The notes under the pieces were generated by a model. It made no database searches. It worked only from the letters and a program-made list of their open reading frames with translations, and was not told the origin of the DNA. Of a stretch of DNA of 64,000 nucleotides, positions 13,331 to 26,061 are shown piece by piece. The DNA lies in assembly GCA_964016885.1 (NCBI GenBank), contig OZ024740.1, positions 387,748,001-387,812,000 of the forward strand, read 5' to 3'. Position numbers and translations under genes: made by a program. Source of the DNA: Eledone cirrhosa. Its lineage: Eukaryota. Positions within the stretch are counted from its first letter, which is position 1. Each line of letters starts with the position of its first letter.

Positions 13331-13888
13331 AGAATGAAATGTATGAGTAAGTGTTGCTGAAAAGCGAAATTCTTATCTTAGCAAAACGACTGGGATAGAC
13401 AATGCATTGTGTGTTTGCATATTTTCGATTGTATGTTAAGGTGTTACAGACATATATATATATATAAACATATATATGTGTGTGTGTATGTCAGTATGTG
13501 TGTGCGTAGTACGAGCGTCCGAAACTTTAAGACCCCCTTCCTGCTATTTCAGCCGTTAAATTAATATATTCCTTCCACATACTGTGCCGTTTATTTTATT
13601 ATTTCTGTTTATCTTTTACATACACACACACAAACTACAACAACCTTATATATACATATATAAAATTGTTGTAGTTTGCTTCAATTGGATAGTAAGTGTT
13701 AACAATTTGATAAAAATGATGTTGGGTGTTACCTTGCAGTTTTTTATAGGTCCCTATATTTATCTGAAAGTCAAAAATATCTTCACAGAGAAGTAACCGT
13801 GGAAGCAAATATACGTTAAATAAAACACATTCACAATATATTACATAGTTATTGTAAACGTAGAAGAAATACTTTAAATGTTTCATAC

Positions 13889-14016
13889 CTGAAGTAACAG
13901 AAGATGAACATTGTAACTAAAAGTAGGACCAATGATATATTGCTCATAATGAAGTAGATGTAAGCAAGAATCAGTGCTCGTTGGATATCAAAACTGGTGT
14001 GGATTTCAGATGGTTC
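13889..14016 (-). CDS. Internal exon of a class B (secretin-family) GPCR encoding stalk and TM1
   Basis: Acceptor ttttcttttttactttcatAG|, donor AG|GTATGA. The 128 nt translate to EPSEIHTSFDIQRALILAYIYFIMSNISLVLLLVTMFIFCYF(R), matching class B TM1 (xYxxxxxxSLxxLxxxxxIFxYFR) with the typical phase-2 intron after YFR. Confidence 0.82.
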
Positions 14017-14112
14017 CTATGAAAGTAAAAAAGAAAATATGTATGTAAATATAGGGAGAGAGAGAGAGAGAAAGAGAGGGAGGGAGGGAGATAGATAGAG
14101 AGAGAAGATATA

Positions 14113-14150
<38 letters not shown>

Positions 14151-14259
14151 AAAAAATAGAGGTGTGATACACGAGTTGTGATATATTAGTAAAAAGGAAA
14201 AGAAAATGCTGACAAATTTTTTCCAGTGAAAAATAGTTTAATTAGGAATAAGTATAAAT

Positions 14260-14437
14260 TAGTAATTGTTTCTACTTTTGGCACAAGGCCAGCAATTAAC
14301 CAGTGCATTACTGGTACTTTATTTTATCGACCCCGTAAGGATGAAAGGTAAAGTTAACCTCGGCGGGATTTGAACTCAGATCATAAAGGGAGGCAACTAT
14401 GCTTCAAAGCATGGCGTCCGACCCTCTATCGATACAG
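14260..14437 (-). mobile_element. tRNA-derived SINE (octopus-type)
   Basis: B-box ctGAGTTCAAATCCcg and core ctttcatccttacggggtcgataaaataaagtaccag; homologous copies at 22865 and 29691. Confidence 0.8.
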
Positions 14438-15397
14438 TAATAAGTATTAGTTAGTATTCAGTTTTACTTTTAAGTTTGTACCGGTTGCGCATTTCTTATT
14501 CTTTTCAAAAATAATTTTGAGATAGAGTGCTCGTGATTTTTGCTCTAATCTGATCAGTTTTGGAAATTCTTCCTGTTTTATGTGAAAAAAGTGGCTTGGG
14601 AGGTATTAAAATTTGGTTGGTTGTTGAATGTCACGTGAATTAGCACTATAAATTTCGCACCAATTCGTGTGCAAAAATTCTTGTAGTTAAAACAATTTTG
14701 ATTGGTCGGTAGAAGTCACGTGAATGTTTAAATTGATTTTAGCGCGAATTGGTTTCGCGCCAAATGTAGGTTTGTCGAAGAGTGTCCTTTTCCGCTTGAT
14801 TGAGTTGCAGTCATGTTGAGAGGTCCACAGTTCAGGTGTCTATTAAGTCAAATATGTGTGTGTGTGTAGCAAAGTGGTTTATTGTTGTGATAATGGAAAT
14901 GAATTGGTCAATAGGAATGTGTGTGTAGGTGTGTGTGTAGGGGGGTGGGTTATTTTAACATGTTGAAACATATTTTTCAGCTCTTGTCTTATACGGAGAA
15001 GTGTATGTGTGTGTGTGTGTATGTCGCTCTGTATGTTAGTGTGCGCGCGCGCGTGTGTGGATGGACCAGTATTTTTGTGGTACTGGTAAAAATGGCGTAC
15101 ATTATTCGATATTTTCGGTCATTTGCAAAAACGATTCTCTCAAAAGAACATCAATGACATTAATAATAAAAGTGAGATGATGTATAGTATTGTCATAACA
15201 ACAAGGCGTGTGTGAGTCCAGATTGTACGTACTGCCAGGGGAATCCATTAGGCCCTGCCGTATGGGATACTTGTGTACAAATATGTATGCACCCATCAAT
15301 GTGCAATACATGTGTGCGTATGTGTATGTGTGCGTGTCGGCACATGTATATCTATAAACGTCAAAAGGTATGCAAATTTGTGTATATTTGTGTTGAA

Positions 15398-15473
15398 CAT
15401 GTGTGTTTACGTATGTCATGTGTGTTTACGTATGTCATGTGTGTTTACGTATGTCATGTGTGTTTACGTATGT
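15398..15473. repeat. 19-bp tandem repeat x4
   Basis: (catgtgtgtttacgtatgt)4. Confidence 0.9.
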
Positions 15474-15636
15474 CATTGTGTTTATATGTGGATAGAAATG
15501 TATGTAGGATGTATGCTGATGTAGGTATGTATATCAAGAGAGAGAGAGAGGCATTGTTTGCAAAGAATCATCTTTTTATAACCATGAACGTTATTTACAA
15601 GGATCCTTATCACGTTGCGTATAACTACACAGACAC

Positions 15637-15795
<159 letters not shown>

Positions 15796-16249
15796 CATTC
15801 AGAGGCTCCAGTTTATCCTCATGCGGCATAAGGCTTGTAATATTGAGATTACATACTCGTTATATTTAGGTAATAAATAGATCATCTGCTTTTACATCTT
15901 GCAACATCTTTAATATGTGAAAATAAAAATCTCATATTACTGTCTAAGCCAACGTATCTGAAAAAAATCAGATTTCGTACTTATCAATATAGAACAGGGA
16001 GTATCCTTAAAACGTTTAAATAGATTATGAAACGTTTTGAGTTGAGTTGCAAATGTAATAAACTCTCAACTGTCACGCAGGCGAAGCTTATTAAACTAGA
16101 GAGAAAATGTCATAGAAACTGTACAATACAGAAAAAAGAAATAAAGCAAATAAATGAAAAGGTTTGTTTCAGCAAGGCCCCACGGACAAAATGACGAAGG
16201 CATTGCCAATGAAAATTGCCTGCGAAACCCGATTTGACAACTGCCCCAG

Positions 16250-17200
16250 CCCACGGTGTTCCCTTCTCAGGAGGGTTGCTGTCATTCCGAATTTCCAAGT
16301 CCGAGAACATGTGAGATCACGATGGTGACTGGCCTGAAAAGGAGAGGGGTGAGTCAAGCCCCGGTGTATGGTTATCTTACCTCTCCTCTGCAATGCGGTG
16401 GCCGGTTTTGCGACCGAAGTGACAAGATTAGGGACAGAGAACGAGTCATAGCACATGACTCACAAATTAGGAATGTACCTCTCTCGAATGAGGTGACTAA
16501 CTCCGCCTGGGCGCTTCCATCATCACGGTCGAGGCAAACCGGTTCCAGTTGTGACAGGAAGTCGGTTGCGTCGACGCTTCCTTTGATTGTGTCGCTTAGA
16601 GCTATGTGTTGAGGGAACCTTTTTGCGCCATGACGGGATTATAGTGGGTGCAGACCAAATCTATCAGCAACAGCTCCACAACAGCATTTATGTGACTCAC
16701 ACGCTGGTCCACATCGATGCTGATGCACTGATCATCAAGACGGGAGCCGGTTGATAAAGAGAGCATCGCATTGAGCCACGCACCGTTGCTTGGCTGCGAG
16801 GCGGAACGGAGGAATGCGGGATGGTGTTGGTCCAAGGAAGATTCGATCCTCTGATAATTGACCTGCACTTGATGTCGCCTCAATTGCGTTGGACATCTGC
16901 TTACTGGAAAACAATGAGGCCTTTATCGATCTCATCGGCTATAGTTGGCACAAGGTTTCTGGTTACATTGGGTCAATCTAATTTGAGGAGGACCTCGCTA
17001 ATCAGGGTGCAGCTGAAGTTGATTGGGAAAAGGTAGGTCAGCTGTACCAGATCAGAAGTGGCTTGGAGACGGAGTCTAGCGAATTTCACAACGTTGGCTG
17101 CGCGTCAACGAGGCGCATTTTCTCTGTCGTTCAAATCAGATAAGTCTGCTTGGTCTTGTGGTACTCTTCTACGGCTTTTGAGAGTATTGGGCAGCTGGGA
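16250..17200 (-). mobile_element. Decayed CRE-clade non-LTR retrotransposon 3' part (RLE)
   Basis: SNGAWLNAMLSLSTGSRLDDQ and SQLEPVCLDRDDGKRPGG...CYDSFSVPNL resemble CRE/MoTeR-like C-terminal motifs (GAWLxA.P...G.RLD, DGKRPDG). Confidence 0.65.
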
Positions 17201-19599
17201 ACGTAGGCGCCAACTTCCAGCGTTAGACTTGCCGTAGTTGGTCAGATTGGATTTTGAGTAAGGTGCCTTGGCATTCAGCTTCACTGTATCTGTTGATGGA
17301 TATAGACGTATTTTTAAATTTCACTTAAAGTCAGCAGCAAGACAAACACCCATCTGTGACAGTCTGATTCCTATCTCTCTTCTGAAACTTTGGAAAGTAT
17401 TATTTCTAACTACATATTGTTATCCACAAATTTGTAAGTACTTATTTTAACTCGAAATGTCTCACTATTGCAACAAACCTTTGCAAAAACTATTATATAT
17501 ACTTGTTCATGGATATCTACAAAGATTGATAAAAGTACAGAAAGGAAAAAAATATACATTAGAATAACTACAGAACATGCCTAGAAATTGATCTGGGAAT
17601 TAAAATGACATTCTCAAAACTGAAAACATAGTTATCCCATGTCTGAATCAACTTGCTAAATAAAGAGACCAACTTTTCAAGAACCGTTCCGAGAAGCAGA
17701 TAAAGAACTAATTAAAAAATATTGTAATCTCATTTAAATTAAATTATTTTATAGACATTTTGAAAAAATAAATAGGCGTTTAATTTTTCTAATATTGTTC
17801 AAAGAGATCAACAACCACATACAACAAGAACAAGAACCACAGAAACAACAACCACTGCAGCAACAACACATCAACAATAACGACACAAGTAACAACAACA
17901 TCAACGACAAAAACAACAGGAGCAGCGCCAGACATTCCTCAATAGAAACCTACTAAATGACATGGGGTATGCTCAACAGCTCTTCTTCGCATGGCAACTA
18001 TTCATGCTTACCACTTTCTCAAAATATTTCAAAAGGCCAACCATTATCATTGGGATCGTCTTCTGCTACTACTATTACTACTACCACCACACCAATTTCT
18101 AATTAAACACTCCTCACTTTCTCTCAATCTCAATTCAAATATGAACCTCACAACTCGACGAAATATTTGCCTAACATAGGCAGCGTCTCGCAACATCGAC
18201 AACACCAAATAAAAAGATCTTCCCTAAAATGAAAATATGGGATCAACCGACACATAACGTGACCAGAGAGAATATCCGTATAAAGAAATTGATTTTTGCA
18301 TTAACGAACGGTTCCTTTGTCGTAAATACCACCAGCACATCATATACGAGAACAAAAAAAGCATTCAGAACTAACAATAAGACATCTTTAACAAAATGAT
18401 TCATTCATCCTACTTCTATTTATTTATTCATTTTTCCACCTTTCTTGCGTCAAACTTACATGACGCGCGTCGGAAACCCTACACCGGTGGCATTTCCTGC
18501 GCTGTATAACTCTATCAACTCCACTAATCTTGGACAATGTATTCGTAGCAATCTCTCGCCTTAAGCAACCCCAGAACATTTTCTTATCAGGATCCCAATA
18601 GATGACCACACTCTCGCAGCCGAAACGCTATCATTCTCCATCTATAAGGCATTTGACACCAACAGCCCGCATGACTGGAACCACCTACTCAGTTTTGCGA
18701 CTCTCACACGGGACCCAGATGGCTGGGGAGGGTTTGGTCCTTTCTCTGACTTCGCGGCCCAGAGGCAACATAGCTTCCTTCTGCCAGCTATCACTCCAGC
18801 TAGCCTCTCCCTTCCTGCCTGCTATCTACCCTCTCCGACATCCCCATGCAGTCCTCTTCCGGTTGTCCGAAATGTTTCCGGGCACGAGTCAATTGTAAAC
18901 TAATTGATGATGATGTTTCTGCTGCTCTGTGTGTGATGACTTCGAGTGATGCAATATCCGTTCCACACCGCATGTCCTAGACACTCTCCGCCTTAAGCTT
19001 CCGAAAACCCCAGAGTAGATGGCCTGTGAGCTAGCCACCTAAGAGATCTTATCTTGCTACAATCACTGAGATAGGAGTACGTCTGCTCCGGTTGATTACC
19101 TCGCGGATGACGACTTCTCCGAGTTGACTATCGCCAAGCCTGTGATTTTCTTTTTTAATTAAATACAACCATTAATAGAATACAAAACCTGACAAGATCA
19201 AAACACTTGGTTTTCAAAAAGCATTGGTTACTCTGCACTACATAAGGTAGTATATTTGCATCTTATTTCTCTTCAATATCAACGTAATGGAAAAAAAATA
19301 GGAATACTTCAACAATAATAGTAATACTCACTGTAAGAAAATTGTAAGAATTGTAATTGTAAGAAAAATTAATAAACGTCGCCACAAGCCATCATTAGAA
19401 CATTAATTCAAGATAATTCCTAGGTTATTGTTTTTGTTTTAAAGCTTTGAATAGGTTAGTATATAAAACAAACATTTAAAACAACCCATAAAAAGGAAGT
19501 TTGTTTGTAAGTTGACCGCTAATAACACTAAATAAAATTGGTTATAATTAAGGTTTTTTCGTGTTTTTAACTAATCTGACTCTGATTTTCTCAGCCTCA

Positions 19600-20830
19600 G
19601 AGATTTCTTAAATTGTATTTTCTTTTCTAGATTTTTTTCGTTTGTTTTCGACCGAACTGACACCTGACTCACTCGCCAATTATTCCTTTTTTCGAAAATA
19701 GAGGCCGGGAGGGAGAGGAGACATCCGGTGTTACAGATAAGCACCTCTCAGCCTTTTAGATTTATAGAAAAGCACTCACTGGGAATCTCGAAGAATTTTT
19801 TTTCATAATATTTTTAGTGCATTTTCAACTAATATGACACCCGACATGCTAGCAATCGCCTCCCCCCACCGAAAACGGAATGAAGGTGGGGGGAAAATGT
19901 GGACGATCAATAAAGTATGTGTGCAAATACACCAACAAGGGTTTGCTAACGAGATGTCCAGTATATCAGCAGCAGGGTGGGACGAGGGCGAGGAAAACTT
20001 GTATTTTCTCGCCCTCGGAGATTTCTGCAGCGGAAAATTTTTTTCTAGGTTTTTTTGTTTTTTCTCGACTGATCTGACATTCGACTCACTCACCAACGGC
20101 TCCTTTTCCCTAAAATGGAGGCGGGGAGGGAAGGAGTTCTCCGGAGTTACAATTAAGCATCTCTTAGGCGTTTAAATTTATGGAAATGCACCCGCTGGGG
20201 GTCGCGAAGATGTTTTCTTTTTCTAGCTTTGTTCGTGTATTTTCAACTAATCTAACCTTCGACATGCTCGCAATCATTTGTTTACCCGAAAACAGATTAG
20301 AGGCCGATGGGGCACCTATAGAGTATGGGTGCAAATACGCCAATAAGGGTTCAGTTGCTGTAATGTTTGCGCTATCACAACGTAATATGTCCGATGAGGT
20401 GTCCAACTTCCAATATATAAGCAGTAAGGAAGCATTCTGGCACATCTTTGGATTCCCAATTCAGGTTCATTACCCCCTTGTGCGAAAAGTTGACGTCCAT
20501 TTAGATAATGGACGAGTGTATGTACAGCCCAAAATGCAGCCCAAGAAGCCATAGCACCAACAAAGACAACATTGCTAGCATTCTTTGAACTTTTTAGAAC
20601 TGGCTGCTTAACACAAACTCTACTAAACGGGCAAATACCATCCTACCACACCATTGATAAACAGAAAGGAAGACCCGTAGAAAGCTCTCCTGAAATTCGT
20701 AAAGCAACAGCACTAGGTAGGACAGCGGGAATGTTTACACTTGAATATGCTGCTCAATGAATGTAGAGGCCCTCAAGGCTTGGATGAACCTCTTAAAGTG
20801 AATGGCACTGTAACATTTATTAAGGGACTT
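19600..20830 (+). mobile_element. Helitron Rep/Hel remnant preceded by degenerate tandem repeats
   Basis: IEYGCKYANKGS...DEVSNFQYISSKEAFWHIFGFPI...VHLDNG and TTLLAFFEL match Helitron RepHel; KYVCKYTNKG is duplicated at ~19910. Confidence 0.8.
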
Positions 20831-21464
20831 ACACACGGAGAAGTTTGTTGGAATCAATGGGATGCAACACTAACTTGGGCCTTAGTTTGAATGAAATATC
20901 GTATCCACTAGAAAGAGGTGTGAAGTACTTGTCACGGTATAAGCAGCTGAACAAAATAAAATTTGGAGCATATAATATTCAGGACAAAGTACATACTTTA
21001 AGGTGGAAAAGTAAGTTATGGTATCAAAAGATATATAATATGCAAGCTAGTTATGTTTCTCAGCAGAAAAGCTCAATGGATTGTTGTCCAGAGCATCAAT
21101 AATTTCTAGCGGATAAGACGTCTAGTCTTATTTATATCTGCCACCTCAGTCAAAATGTTCTTCACTCCATGAGATTATAGTTTTAACTAATTCTCGGAAC
21201 CCGACATATATAAAGTTATTTTTGTACTTTATTGGAACTTATCCAAAGACGATTTCCTCTGATGATTAGTTTCGCGTCGTCCGTGGCTTTACCAAAATCG
21301 ATAGTTGGTAATCGATAATCGATTGCATAGATCGATTTTTCCCTCGGTCCTAGGAATTATGAAACGTCACCGGAAGGAATATAAGAACTTTTCCACCGCA
21401 AAGTATGCACTTTTTCCTGAATATTATATGCTTTATATATATGTACACATACTATGTGTTTCTC

Positions 21465-22700
<1,236 letters not shown>

Positions 22701-22864
22701 TATACGGGAGGTGGGGAAGGGTTGAATGGCGATTGTCAAACTGAGATCAGGTTGTGTTGTGATGTGACACTACATATATAAGAGAGATTTGGGTGTGTCT
22801 GAGGGGGGTGGGGGTTAATGTGTGTGGGAGTGAAGGAGTGTTGATGAACATTTAGAGGATGGTT

Positions 22865-23042
22865 TGACAGTATCGGTAGAGGGTCGGACGCCATGCTTTC
22901 TAGCATAGTTACTTCCCTTTACGGTCTGAGTTTAAATCCCGTCGAGGTTAATTTTGCCTTTCATCCTTACGGGGTCGATAAAATAAAGTACCAGTAATAC
23001 ACTGGAATAATTGATGGCCTTGTGCCAAAAGTAGAAACAATT
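22865..23042 (+). mobile_element. tRNA-derived SINE (octopus-type)
   Basis: Reverse complement homologue of 14260-14437. Confidence 0.8.
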
Positions 23043-23458
23043 ATATATATATATAGAAAATAGTGAATGTTAAGAGCAAGATAATTGATTGGGAGTGGAG
23101 TTGTGAGGTGTTGGGTGTTTAAGGAGTGTTTTAGAAAGGGGTTGTTAAAGTGCCCTCCTGCTGGTTCCATTTCAATAAAAACCTTTGCTGAATATAATGG
23201 TCAGATGTTTTTCAAATTCTTTTCTTATAGCTGAATCAACTATGTTAAATTTATGAAGAATAACTTCAACAATTTTCTATATTAAAGATGAATTTGGGTG
23301 TATTTCTGGGGAGGGGTTTAATGGGGTGTAAGATACGTCTTTTGATAAAAAGGGGATGACAGTAAGGTGAAAAATAAGGTTAGTCTTGGAATATTTGTTG
23401 ATAGAAATGTATGTTGTTGATATTGGTTTGGGAGGTGAGGCGGGGAGATCATGCTAGG

Positions 23459-23507
<49 letters not shown>

Positions 23508-23560
23508 CATACACATACATATATACATACATACACATATCCACACATATATGCATATAC

Positions 23561-23615
<55 letters not shown>

Positions 23616-24102
23616 ATAAATATTTCGTATCTCCAAAGAAATACGGTTTTAGGAAGCCGTATCTATGCAAACACCGGGGGGGGGGGGGGGTTAACGCCCT
23701 CTGGTGATGTCTAGATATACATATTGTTCAATATACATATTGTATAAAGCTATGCTTGAAGCGAAATCCTATTTCTTTTCTATTATAAGTTGAAGCAAAT
23801 TAAGCAGCTTCAAATACAAATGAGATTAATCACCTCATTTACACAGACGAGAAAACTATATATTCTCGCCTGTCTTCTAGTCCAGCAGTCGCAAGCGGTG
23901 GGAGGGACCGTCCTGACGATGGCCAGTTAAGCCTGAAATGCATAGACGGTTGTCCCCCTTGCTTCTGCTGGACATCACCAGAGGGCGTTAGTCCCCCCGG
24001 TGTTTGCATAGCTGCGGCTTCCTAAAACCGTATTTCTTTGGAGATACGAAATATTTATACATATTGTATAAAGTTATGCTTGAAGCTATATCCTATTTCT
24101 TT
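23616..24102 (+). mobile_element. Small non-coding Penelope-like/retrozyme-like unit with inverted and direct repeats
   Basis: ~23617-23711 is inverted at ~23970-24058; 23733-23779 is repeated directly at 24057-24102; central hammerhead. Confidence 0.8.
23881..23971 (+). ncRNA. Intact-looking minimal type I hammerhead ribozyme
   Basis: accgtc-CTGACGA-tggc cagttaa gcct-GAAA-tgca-TA-gacggt. Stem I is 6 bp, extended by gcaag/cttgc and tccagcag/ctgctgga; stem III palindrome ATGCAT. Confidence 0.82.
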
Positions 24103-24527
24103 TATATATATATATATACACACACACAAAAACATGCATACATATATACACACACATGCATACACATACCTGACACCTACATACATATACCTACATATAC
24201 GATCTATATATATAAATAAATAAATAAAATCGCATATTGAAAAAAGAAAAATATTCAAATAGAAGTGGATGACAACAGCACTTGCAAACATTCGATCGTT
24301 GAAGAGAAGAGCAGCCCTGGAAGGTACAATACCATTTCACTTGTTCCGCCGCCACCACACCATGTACATGTGAACATAAATACTTGAGTAGATGTGTATA
24401 CACATGTGTGTAGATGTGTGTGTATGTATATGTATGTAGGTGTACAGGTATGTGTATGCATGTGTGTGTATATATGTATGCATGTTTGTGTGTGTGTATA
24501 TATATATGTATATATATATATATATAA

Positions 24528-25134
24528 TGTCAGGTCACCAGTTGGTGCTACTGGTAACATGTATCCCAGTACAACCTGTCTCATGGTCGGGTCGTTGGCG
24601 ACTAAACTGGCAACCCCACCAAGATTTCTTGGTGAGGAGGGTGACTTTGGACATCCTGCAGGACTAAAAACAAAACCTGTCAAAGGGCAAAGGAGCTCTT
24701 AAGAGTCAATGGCCATCTAAAATCACCGGGAGAGATGACCCTTTAGCCTTTGTCAAGGCAGAATTCTAGGAGAAGGAAAACTCTGATATAACACCTGCAA
24801 CCCTGGTGGTATCCAATGATGTTGACTTGTTCTTCTTTTTGGTAAATATCATCTTGGTTAAGAGAGTGGGACTGGCTTTGTGCAGTGCCTTTGCTCACTA
24901 TAAAAGCTTCACGGCACAGGCATTGCTTTATATCTGGAGATCTCTCTGCACTTGTGGTCACATGGTACCATGGGCCCAGCACTAAGTGTCAATAATTGTC
25001 ACAAGTGTAGTGTTTGTACCAGAGTTTTCAAGTCGCTGGCTGGACTAAAAAGTCACACTCGTTCAGCGCATCGGTGGGGGTTCTCCTACATGGATATAAA
25101 GTAGTGGCCGTACTCGAAAACGAGTTGGCAGCCA

Positions 25135-25138
<4 letters not shown>
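24528..25138 (+). mobile_element. Non-autonomous bipartite RTE derivative (SINE-like)
   Basis: 3' part encodes relic [22 protein letters not shown] and ends tggccgtactcgaaaacgagttggcagccaccat, homologous to the RTE 3' end at 28393-28427. Confidence 0.8.
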
Positions 25139-25195
<57 letters not shown>

Positions 25196-25255
25196 TATGT
25201 ATGTATATGTATATATATATATATATGTATGTATGTATATGTAAATATATGTATG

Positions 25256-25313
<58 letters not shown>

Positions 25314-25318
25314 TATAT

Positions 25319-25664
25319 GTAGTACCTGCTATATGGCAGCAACTTCGATTCAAATTTAATATGATATATGTGTGTGTGTGTAGGTGTATTCATATGAGAA
25401 TATATATATGTATGTATAGGCGTATGTGTGCGTGTATGCGTATGTCTGTGTATGCATGTACGTACGTATACATGTTTGTATGTATACGTACGTACATGCA
25501 TACACAGACATACTAATACGACTACACATACACCTACACATACGCGTACGCATACACACACACAAATATATACATACATATATATATTCTCATATGAATA
25601 TACCTACACACACACACACATAAAATATTAGATATGAATCGAAGTTGCTGTCATATAGCAGGTA

Positions 25665-25667
<3 letters not shown>
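25319..25667. repeat. Imperfect ~350-bp palindrome
   Basis: gtagtacctgctatatggcagcaacttcgattca at the left end pairs with tgaatcgaagttgctgtcatatagcaggtactac at the right end; inner arms are also inverted around ~25476. Confidence 0.85.
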
Positions 25668-25747
<80 letters not shown>

Positions 25748-26029
25748 TATATATATATATATATGTCTGTATGTATATGCATTGTATCGATAGTTAACAC
25801 GTCAGTCAATATAACCTAATAACCTACATATAGCTTCCACGTGTATGTGTAATGATGCAGCAAACACATGAAACATAGACACAGATAGACCTAATCAAAT
25901 ACGCTTAAACTAACACATATATCCTTGCAAACAGTCCAATGTGTATAAATGACATGAATGTATGTATGTATAAATGATGTGTGTGTATGTATGTATGTAT
26001 GTATGTATGTATGTATGTATGTATGTATG

Positions 26030-26058
<29 letters not shown>

Positions 26059-26061
<3 letters not shown>

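Noticed and set aside
18430-19140. GC-richer block, possible LTR-retrotransposon gag relic on minus
   Set aside because: Only a vague knuckle-like trace; no LTRs or diagnostic motifs.
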